Positions 1 to 9,777 of a DNA stretch of 56,736 nt are shown piece by piece; position 1 is the first letter of the stretch; the number at the start of each line of letters is the position of its first letter. A program made the translations under genes and the position numbers. Location of the stretch: contig CM119266.1 of assembly GCA_051294375.1 (NCBI GenBank), positions 25,924,907 to 25,981,642 of the forward strand. The letters run 5' to 3'. This DNA comes from Paraspadella gotoi (lineage: Eukaryota > Animalia > Chaetognatha). The notes below the pieces were generated by a model. That model made no database searches. It worked only from the letters and a program-made list of their open reading frames with translations, and was not told the origin of the DNA.

Positions 1-247
1 TTCCCCTCTTCCCCCCCTCCTCCTCCCCTCCACTCCACTTGACGGTGCATCGTTTCCCACGAGAGACGTTCCTCGCATCCGGCGACACCCCAAGACAGTT
101 CACGCCACTGCGGAAGACCGTCTCCCGACGCGCTTCTCCGCGCTGACGAGCCACTTGTGATGGCGCCTCGAGTTCCGCAGAGACGATTTCAGAAATCGTC
201 GACTTCCACCGAGACAGACTACGAGGCCGGCGTGGCCTGGGGGAGGA

Positions 248-278
<31 letters not shown>

Positions 279-2042
279 GAGGAGAGGAAGAGAGGGGAGA
301 GAGAGAGAAGAGAGAGAGAGAGAGAAATTCTTATCTTGTCTTATCCTATTCCTCATCTCACGTCTGGTATCACACGCGGATCGATTTGTCAGACGAGACC
401 GTCACCTGAAAGAAAAAGGTGACAAAAAAAAAAAGTTTCATTTCGCTTTCCGTCTCGCCCTCATTTTCAATGGATAAAATCACGCTTTTTTATTTAATGC
501 TGGATTGCTTTTAATTCATTTTTCATCTTAACCGCCTTATCGAAAGAAATCAACAAGCACTGGATGGATCCGACCGACTGATTTGCCTTTCTTGACTTTT
601 TCCCTTTTATTCGACTTTTTACGTCGATAAAATCTCCGAAATAAACCAAGCCTCCGGTCATGAGCTGATGGTATTTACTCAGTGAGCCACCGGATCGCGA
701 CTGAAGTTGTGAACTTATCCCAATGACTCCCGACTCCAGCGTGATGAGGAAAAAAAAGAAAATAAAAAAGCCTCAACGCCGTCACCATCAAAGGTTTCCT
801 GACGCAGATGGCGCAGCGGTTGACCGTCGCCGAAGTGGAACTTCCGGTCGAGAAGGTGCATCAACTCGTGACCTTCCTCGTTCTGTCGGGGTTGATGAGG
901 GAAGCCACGTAGAGCTGTTTGAGGGAAGGGGGGAGGAAGGTAGTGGACGCTCGAGGTGACTGATTCATTCATTCATTCATTCATTGCGTTAGTTCGTTTA
1001 TCCATTCATTCATTGATTCGTTAAAAAATTATTTCTTTAATTTTTTTTCAAATTACTACATTAGTTGACTTACTCCATTATTCTAATCACATTTCCTCAC
1101 CTGATTAACGTTGGTGGCGCAAATGAAGGACTCCTCGGACGGAGCCACGCTTATCTTCGTCAACGTACTGATCCTTCCATCGATGAGGGTCGCGTGCAAT
1201 AGGGTTCTTGGGGAAGGCGGATCACGCGGGTCCTGAGAAGAGAGAATGGGGAATTGTAAAATGAAAGGCACTCCTCAAATTCCATTTATTTACGCTATTA
1301 TATTGCAAAATTAAACCTGACAGTCGTTACAATAATATTTTATTTCGTAAATAAAAAAATTTAAACGATCGCAAAACGACGCTCCACCCCGTAAAAAAAT
1401 TGTATTTGGAAACACCATCAAACTTAAACGTGAGAAATGATACGTTACTACAATATGCAAAGGAGATTAGAGAGTTTAATGAGAACCTAAAAAAAAGGAC
1501 AACAAGTAAAACTAAACCAAAAAAATTAAAAAAATTGAAGACCTTTGAAAATATCCGTCGCGATCGTGAATTCGGTCGAAAGCGACGATGGACGCGCGAC
1601 CGTAGCCGAACGCGAATCCGCCCGGAACTTGGACGAGGCAGTTGATCTGAAGGAACCGAAGGGGGTTTCCGTGATTTTGATGATCGTTCGCGTTGACGAC
1701 GATGATATTAGGGATCATGAGAAGGATAGCAAAGATATTGACAATGAAATTTCCTTTATCTACTGACCGACCGAAGAAAAAAGCTCAGGATTCCGACTCT
1801 GCTATGAAAAAAAAAATGGTGAAACAACGGCCTCCCCTCAACCCAAACGGCCGACCCTTTTGTAAATGGCTTCGCTGAAGGTGGAGCCTTGTGACGCGAG
1901 CTTCCTTCCCGACGCCGCCTCCTCTTTGCCTGAAAGGAAATTGCTGAAGAAGCTAAACCTCCCGAGGAAAAAAAAAATCTTTCTTTTCTTTCTTCTGGTC
2001 CTTCATGCTTTCTGTTTGTCTTTCTTTCTTTCCTTATTTCGT

Positions 2043-2074
<32 letters not shown>

Positions 2075-4119
2075 GCTGTCTTTCTTTCTTTCTTTCGTTC
2101 TCTTTTTCTTAATGTCTGTTTTATTTCGGTCTTTCATAGTGAATTTCTTTATTCTTTTCTCTCATTCTTTCTCTCTCTCTCTCTCTCTCTCTCTGCTCTC
2201 TCTCTCTCTCTTCTCTCTCTCTGCCTCTCTGTCTCTCTCTCTCTCTCTCTCACGCCCACCACACCCCTCACCTTCGCCGCGGAACGCGCCCGCAACTCCA
2301 TCTCCAAATCAGCGCCGTCTTCCTCATCGTCGCCGTCGTCGTCGCCGTCGCCTCGATTCGTCTCCAGATTTCCGTCGTCGTCAAAATCCAGGGGCGCGTC
2401 GTCCTCCGTCTCATTGCGGTTCCGACCCGACGACTTGTTGTTGTCGTTATCCTTCGCGCTGTTGTTGTTCTCGTTGTCCCCGACTCGAGCGGCGATGAGG
2501 GCGGGGCTGCGTTTGTCTTTTTTTCGGCGCTTTTTGCGGCTGCTGCCGGTGCTGCTGGTGTTGGCGCTGCTGCCGAAGCTTGCGCTGCTGCGAATTCCAA
2601 CAGAAAGAGATAAAATAAATATGAATTTAAAAATGAATATGAATTTTTTTTTTAATAAATTCCATAAAATACGAATGTATTGCTACATTCTCTCATCTCA
2701 CACATTTTCTAATCCTTCCTCCGTCTACATCATTTTTTTCTTTTCCCTCTTCTGACATCTCACTTCCCTTGTTGCTCATTTGTTATTCTTACTTCCTTTT
2801 GACTTTTCATTTCTCTTCAAGTCTCTCCCTTTGTTTCCTTTCCACTCCCTATTGTATTAATTGATCTACGAAGTTCGCCATGATACCAATTCCTGCTAAG
2901 ACTTTGTTCCGATTCCCTTTTGTTCTTTTCCTCTTCGTCTTAAGCTTAATCCCAACTCACTCTTCGTTTTGATTCTGATTCGTCCTCATTTTCGTTTTTT
3001 CGTCGGCAAAGTTGACGTTGGCGGCGTCTTCTTCCACGCCGAATTCTATCTTCAGAGCGTCTCCTGTAGGGGGAAGGATGGTAAAGGATGTGTGGCAAGG
3101 ATGTGGACAAAGATATAATACAAAATATGGGGAGAGCTAACAGTTCGAATGGGCGCAAGGGGCGATTGAGGTTGTGTATCCAAAGTAAAAATCTAACCAA
3201 AATGCGAGTAGCGAACCAAATTTTACACAAACAAAAGAACATAAAAATAAACAAAACAACAAGAGAACAATAGTCCTTTTTTCTCTTTTTTTTTTTTTTT
3301 AACGGTTTTAAACCTTCGAAGAGGAAGAGTCTCCCGTCGGCCGTCCCCGCCACCACGCGGTTGTCGACGGGATAATTGTCGACCCAAACGAAGGCCGTCC
3401 AGTTGAGCGGGATCGCCTCTCCGCCGAGCATTGGGCCTGTACCCGTTTCGTTAGGAAATTTAGTCTTTCGTTCGTTCGTTCCTTCGTTCGTTATTTCGTT
3501 CGTTCGTTCGTTCGTTCCTTCGTTCCTTCGTTCGTTCCTTCGTTCGTTCCTTCGTTCGTTCCTTCGTTCTGACCTTCTAGTTTGTAGAGCACTTTGACCT
3601 TGTTGTCAGAACTGATTCTCATAATCTGAAAATGTTATAATTTGTTCGATTAATAGATTGAATTAATCTATTAATTGCTTAATTCATTCATTCATTTATT
3701 AATTCATTCATGCGTTCGTTTTTTATGTATGAAGTGGATTGATTGATTGATTGTTAGATGAGTCATTAATCGCAATTGAAAAATCGATTGATTCCCTGCT
3801 CGCTCGTTCGAGAGATCGATCCATTCATCCCACCTTCAACAATTCGTCGCCCGCCACCCCGAAGATGTTTTTGTCCTTCGGATGCGACCCCAGCTGATTG
3901 ATGGTCCCCTTGTAGTTGACGGGGTTGAGACCGCCCGACGAGTGAGACGCCGTCGTCAGCGCGAGGCCTTTCTCCCAGTTGAAGAGAGCGAGCACGACAT
4001 CCGGGGCATCGCCTTTGGAGTGGGGGGTTGGACCAGAGGAGGGGTTTATGAAGACGTACCCACGCCTATTTGATCATTACGCGCTAATTTCTGAAAACTG
4101 CGAATAAGAACATGACTAA

Positions 4120-4218
<99 letters not shown>

Positions 4219-4558
4219 GAAACCCTGCCCTAAAAACTACTCTGAGCCACGAGCGTCTTGTTGTCGCAAGTGAAGCAGAGGTGAGTGTAGCAAGGGGCGA
4301 CGACTTCGTTGCAGCAAAGTGTCTTCCTCTTCCGCATCGTCACGAGGTCGTGGACAACGATCTGTCCTTTCGTCCCCTTCTCCGCCAGAGCGACGAACCG
4401 GCGGTTGGGGGACACGCACATGGCTGCCGGCGGAGAATGGGGGAGATGGGGGAGATGGGGGTCGCGGGAATGGACCGTTTCAGAGAAAGGGGTCGGATTA
4501 GAAAAGATTAAAGAACGGGAAAGGAATGAGAAGGAGAGAGAGAGGAGAGAGAGAGAGA

Positions 4559-4639
<81 letters not shown>

Positions 4640-5257
4640 TTTGCGACTTTTCTTCCTCCAAACTTCCATTAACTTAAAATTTCATCATTCGTCACATTTC
4701 GTTCCAGTTTCATTCTTCCATTTTTTTTTCTTTTTCGTCTTTTTCGTCGCATCATCAATATCGTCGCATCGTTAGACGCACGATCGTTTGTCAAATCGTT
4801 ATTTATCATATTTCATAAGTCATTCGTTCTATAGTTTTTTTCTTTCGAACGTGACGGAGCCAATATAAACCACACACGTCTCGAATTCTATCGTTTCTAT
4901 TGTTTTCTTATTCGTTCACTCATTCATTCACTCATTCATTCATTCATTCAGCGCCGGTGCTCTGCCTGTGATGATCTGAGTTCGATCCGATGCCGCCACG
5001 AACTTCTGAAACTTGAATTCCATGTTGTACAAGACGCAAACATTCGCCACCACGTAGGCCAAAGTCGTTTCATCCTGTTTACGTTTTATGTTTATGTTTA
5101 GTTTTCATAAGTCATAACATAACCTTCTACCTTCGGTTTTAGTTAAACAGTTGCACAATTTGAACATTTTGGCAATTAAAACCTGAAATTCAACGTTTAA
5201 CCCATCCCTCGCGTGAATTCCCAACGTGTAGAGCGTCTTTAGATTTCCGATCGGCAT
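1..5257 (-). CDS. CFAP57: Cilia- and flagella-associated protein 57 (WDR65), N-terminal WD40 region; multi-exon, continues beyond the left edge
   Basis: Manually spliced exons on the minus strand: 5257-5183, 5074-4966, 4423-4241, 4012-3834, 3625-3574, 3436-3314, 3063-2961, 2587-2272, 1929-~1857, 1646-1543, 1232-1101, 914-~786, 405-~365, 236-~38. Peptides include DETTLAYVVANVCVLYNMEFKFQKF, AMCVSPNRRFVALAE, LFNWEK, VVAGTADGRLFLFEG, SVAPSEESFICATNVNQ, CAICVRKPL, SDKSIRV and GHAGLV. These follow the order of vertebrate CFAP57 (SISPNRRYLAISE, WLWEK, VGTDTGKLFLFE, SPSEETLVAS, CIRKPL, DRSIRLW, GHTGKI). Exons below ~2300 carry small indels. Confidence 0.9.
4125..4217. repeat. Perfect (AG)n microsatellite in a CFAP57 intron
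   Basis: Uninterrupted AG dinucleotide run. Many imperfect AG/TC tracts occur elsewhere (e.g. ~240-325, 4530-4632, 32953-33036, 43850-44040, 46660-46820). Confidence 0.98.
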
Positions 5258-5802
5258 TTTCAATTTTTTTTTTTACTTTACTATTTTTTTTTAAACCTTA
5301 AAAACTTTTGAACCTCAAATTTAAGCTGAAAATTAAAACATTTAAGAGCGTAAATTCTCACGCCATTTCCGTTTTTTCTTACGAGAAAGAGCGAAAAAAA
5401 CTTATTTTAAAAAGTTATTGTAGGGAAAGAAGGTAAGAGTTTGACCTAGCGGTCGTTCGCACAGGAGCAAAAGTAAAGCTGTCTCATGAAGTGAAGCGAT
5501 GTAAAATGGTGTAAATATTAAATAAACACTTGCGTGAAAATAAACTGTTAAAATTGGATGACGTTTTGACTATTTTGCTGAAGCTGTACTTGGGATAAAA
5601 CATATTCTATGAGACAGAATTTTTCCTCTTCCCTATTTATACAGCTTGCAAGATACTGTTAAAAAGTAAGTTCTAACGCAACAAATCTTATAAGATTCAT
5701 CAACTAATTCAGCTCTTGCCGCTGGAGCTTAAATCGGAAAAGTGGGATTACTGCATGAGCGGAATATCGACAATAAGCCAATTAAGACAATAAAAATCCG
5801 CC

Positions 5803-6947
5803 ATGCGAACTTTAATAACGTATCTGACCATCGCTTGGGCGTTGAGCTTCCACGCCAAAACTTCCTCATCAAAAGCTTCGACTACTCCGATTCCATCTCC
5901 AACTGAAGTGATTCTCTGTCAAGCGATGTTTGTTTACACTTTACGTCAATTGATTCCGGTTTACGAATTCCCCAGGTTTACTTCAACTGCGAGCGGCCTA
6001 TCAAGCCGAGCGCGAGCCGGCGCATGAACGAGGCCGTCATCGACAAGGAGTGCGACGAATGCGTCAGTTCCGCTACCGCTTTCTCTTTTCTTTTTTTTTT
6101 AACTGATTTCATTCATTTAGAAATTATGGAGAAAACTAAAAAAAAAAAATATCAACTAGTAACGAAGGAGGGAATGTACCACCAAAAGACTGTTTCTCTT
6201 ACCACCTTTACACTTTTATCTTTTTCCCAACAGTCCCGGCTTCCTTCGGTGCCTCAGTATAAATGCGATCATGGATTCGAATGGTGCATCAGATGCGTAT
6301 CCAAAGATCCCGGATGGCAATGCCATGTGAACGCCTACTTGCAGGCCAGAAATCATCTTTATCACTTTCCTTATTCTTTAACTTTTACAAGTCATCAACT
6401 TCATTTTTCGTTCTTTCTACTCGCAGTCTCTGGATATGAGATACCGATGCTGCTGGCCGAGCGGTAAGGACGAACCGTGCAGCACGTTAAACCTCGATTC
6501 ACTGTCGGTTGGTCACCGGTCCGATAAAAGGGTCAAGTGGTGATAAAGATCGAATACTATTTGCAATTAATTATTACTTTCCTTACTTTCATTTCTTGCG
6601 ATGATACGATTCGTTAAAACTAGCAGTATAAACGTTACTTAAATGTTAACAAGCAGTTCCATCCCTCTCACTATACAAACAAGGCTTTTTTACTCACTTT
6701 CTTTATCCCCCACCTACTGACTACGCGCTTTCATTTCCAGGAATATCTGGACCACTATCTCTACCTGAAGGTGGGACTTCCCAAGGATAACGTGCCCCCC
6801 GTTTCCAACCTCCAAGTTCGGACCGCCCACGGGGAAGACTGGCCTCCGTCCGAGTTCAAGGAGGAGGTGATGGACCCGCGGTACAAAGTCAAGTGCGCCT
6901 GTCGGTCTTGGGAGTGGTTCGACGACATCCAACCGCCCGACAAATAA
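5803..6947 (+). CDS. Secreted cysteine-rich protein (~200 aa), possible IL-17/noggin/trunk-type cystine-knot ligand
   Basis: Exons 5803-5907, 5976-6062, 6234-6344 (or -6326), 6427-6531 and 6741-6947 splice in phase 0 to an open frame. It has a signal peptide (MRTLITYLTIAWALSFHA) and 12 Cys: YFNCERP..KECDECSRLPSVPQYKCDHGFEWCIRCVSKDPGWQC..MRYRCCW..EPC..YKVKCAC. The gene model is well supported; the family call is inference. Confidence 0.7.
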
Positions 6948-7519
6948 GACTAGAGGTTCGGCGGGGCTCCGCTTATTGTCGTTGCTGTGGGAATTATCCT
7001 TGTTGCTGTTGGTCTTGTTCTCGTACGCGGGTGTGAGTCCGAGTGCCTACCTGTATCGTAATAGAGATGGAAGCGACAGGAGGCCTCAACCTACTTTGAG
7101 CTGGACCAAATCAGGGACGAGAAAAATAGTTAAGTTATTACTATATATTATATTAGGATTGGGATAATTATTATACGTAGATTCAATTTTATACGAGCGA
7201 GGTTTAAAAGTTTTCTCACATTTGTTTTCAGCCCGACTCCTTAATTGATCGGCGTGGGAGAAAGGGAGTCGGAGAAAATTATTTTTTCAAGCAACTACAA
7301 TATCACAGTATTACGGCCTTGTTATTTCTGAGTTACATTGTTGTATTTTAGCAATTTTACAGTCAGAAAAAAAAACATTTTATTGAAAAATATTTTACGT
7401 GATACGATGGTTTAAATGAACAATGATTAACGACCACTGTACGCCATGTTGGTTTTGTTGCATTTTCTCCAACGACAATTTGGGTGTAGGATCGCCGAAC
7501 CCAATATGACGTTCGCCTC

Positions 7520-9777
7520 TCAAGGACGTCGCGCGACTCGGTAGTTCATTCCATCACCAGGAGGGCGGCATGAAGCGTCTGCAAGGAGAAGAAATGGGAA
7601 AATTCTTTCTCTTTCTCTCTCTCTTTGTCTGTCTCTCTCTCTCTCAAAGTCAGTAACCTATTTGCGCCTCGTCAAACAGGTTTTGGTACTGGATGCAGAC
7701 AGTGTCCAATTTCGCGCGCACGAGTTGCTCTTGAAACGGCATGAGCGTCTTGGCACGACTCAACACCAACACCATGGGATCTGCACATTCACCGTTGTCG
7801 CGGATGTCCTTGCAGTTGTACACCACTGCGTAGTTTTGATAATCGGTGCTGTAAGTTAATTTAGCGAGATGCTGAATTTTCTTCAGTACAAGTATTCATG
7901 TACAGGTTGTAAGTTGAACGAACAGTAAAATGAGTGTTACTGGTATTGTTATTTCTTGATAATTATCCAAGCGAAATAATTGTAAAAGCGAAATTTTATA
8001 ATTATGGTGGACTAAAATCCACCAACCGTTCATCAGCGGCCATTGGTGCCGGAGGCAAGTCATTCGCCTCCCAACCCAAAGGTCCGGGGTTCTCGCCCGG
8101 TGGTTGCCTAGCAGTAAAGAGGGACGGGGCGCTTAACCCGCCTGTAACATGGTGTTACAGCCTGATCCGAAGCTCAGGGACTGCTTATATTGAATGGTTC
8201 TGTCACTAACACTATAACAATAATTACTGTCTCTTCATTGGTGAGCCCAACTTCCGAACACAACAGCAACAACAACACTTTCCGGCGACATGCCTCAACC
8301 TGGCGATGCAATTTCCGCCATTAACACATCAGGCGACATGTCTCAACTTGGTGACGAACTTTCCACCAACGACAACAATTCACTGAAGAGACGCAGCAGA
8401 CTTCTCCCTACGGGAGGGGGGGATGTATGGTGGACTAAAATCCACCAACCGTTCGTCAGCGGCCATTGGTGCCGGAGGCAAGTCATTCGCCTCCGGCTTA
8501 ACCAGCCTGTAACATGGTGTTACAGCCTGATTCGAAGCTCAGGGACTGCTTATATTGAACGGTTCTGTCACTAACACATAACAATAATTACTGTCTCTTC
8601 ATAATGGACAATAACTTACGAAATTGGAACAACCAACATAAATAAGCCCTCTTGCTCCTGACTTAGGATGGAATGTGGTGGGTTATATGATATATACCTA
8701 AGAATCGTAAACTTCAAATAAGTTTCGCCGAGAATTCCCTCGACGATTTTGGTGATGTCGAACCCGGGGATTTCGTAGGAGCCGTCGAAGTAAAAGGTGG
8801 CGGGATCAGAAGGGTCTCGGGCCACCATCGCCGTATAAGGAATGGGTCGGCAGAGGTTGATCGGAATGCCGAAAAACCGAAAGTGACGGGTCAGGGACCC
8901 GCTCGATCCCATGATGGTCTGGCCCGAAAAAAAAAAAATAAATCGTATTTATAATAATATAAATATACGACCAACATATTTTTTTAAATTTTCGGCATAT
9001 TGATGACGTTTTCAAATATAAATTTTTATACATATTTCTCATTTTATACAGTTTATAGAGGTATGCATAAACACAAGAACATTATATATTTTTTTTAAAA
9101 CCTTCTCCTATACACGGCGCGAGTGACTGATAAGAAAATAACAAATGAACAAGGCATATTAGATATAAATTATAATTAAAATATATTGCTATTTTCTTTT
9201 TATTTAACTTATATAATATATATATATATATAATATATATAGGTTATTAAATTCTAGAAAGATGAGCCAATTCCTTTTGTTCATTTAATGCTTAGATATT
9301 TAATAACGTATCAACGTTAATTCATTATGATACTAAATTCTTTTTTTTTAATTTTCATTCCAGTTACTATCTTATACATTCTATTTAGAAAAACCCTAAG
9401 TCTGACCTTTCCTTGCTGAGGATCCTCTCTTTTCTCGAATTTAAGCTTCATGCTGTCGCTTGAACTCCGAAACCACTCCGAGGATCCCAGTGCGTCGAGA
9501 ATTGCGAAAGCCAATGGATCCAACGAAGCCATGCTCGTCCGTTTTAACACGTACCAATTACCTGGGTAGTGTTAGAGAACCCTTTACGCCTTTCCGTTCG
9601 ATATTGCGAAAAGAAATACTGACCTGTGATTCTGCCAACGTCAAACATAGGTTGGCCCTTGATGTCGCGGACTTGGCAATTCCTTTGATTGACAGGCACA
9701 AATACGTCGGGATTTGGCTGAAACTGTCCTCGCGCGCACGCCAACAGCGCAGACCAGCAAAACAACAACAGGAGCAT
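7520..9777 (-). CDS. Secreted lipocalin, retinol-binding protein 4/purpurin-like (~259 aa)
   Basis: Exons 9777-9624, 9561-9407, 8918-8698, 7848-7658 and 7578-7520, all GT-AG and phase-consistent. Signal peptide MLLLLFCWSALLACARG. Lipocalin motifs: SCR1 FDVGRITGNWYV, SCR2 ILSTDYQNYAVVYNC, SCR3 VLSR. Six mature Cys are spaced as in RBP4. Confidence 0.85.
8003..8601 (+). mobile_element. Non-autonomous miniature LTR retrotransposon (TRIM) with tRNA-derived LTRs, inserted in lipocalin intron 3
   Basis: 5' LTR 8003-8237 and 3' LTR 8424-8601 are near-identical direct repeats; the 3' LTR starts TG and both end CA. PBS-like TGGTGAGCCCAAC at 8239-8251 follows the 5' LTR. Polypurine tract GGGAGGGGGGGA at 8412-8423 abuts the 3' LTR. 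The 4-bp TSD TAAT is at 7999-8002 and 8602-8605. The internal region is 186 bp with no recognisable gag/pol coding sequence. Confidence 0.85.
8036..8108 (+). other. tRNA-Gly(CCC)-like sequence / Pol III A-box and B-box cassette inside the 5' LTR
   Basis: GCGGCCA...TGGTTGC acceptor-type stem, A-box-like TGGTGCCGGAGG, anticodon-loop-like CTCCCAA and B-box-like GGTTCTCGCCC, over ~72 nt. The stems are degenerate, so it is not called a functional tRNA. Confidence 0.7.

Noticed and set aside
38-1232. CFAP57 as a pseudogene because of frameshifts
   Set aside because: The upstream exons are clean and conserved, and the indels cluster in low-quality sequence, consistent with sequencing error.
1866-2498. 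Long ORFs rich in SL/RE/F repeats (also 26465-26890, 36025-36462, 46394-47116 and others)
   Set aside because: They are translations of (TC)n/(AG)n/(TTTC)n microsatellites, or antisense to real exons.
8036-8108. Functional tRNA-Gly gene or ordinary SINE
   Set aside because: The D, anticodon and T stems are degenerate, and the sequence is embedded in a direct repeat with PBS, PPT and TSD. It is part of an LTR element.
8140-8185. Hammerhead or other self-cleaving ribozyme in the LTR hairpins
   Set aside because: The CTGATGA...GAAA core and three-way junction are not present; only simple hairpins are seen.
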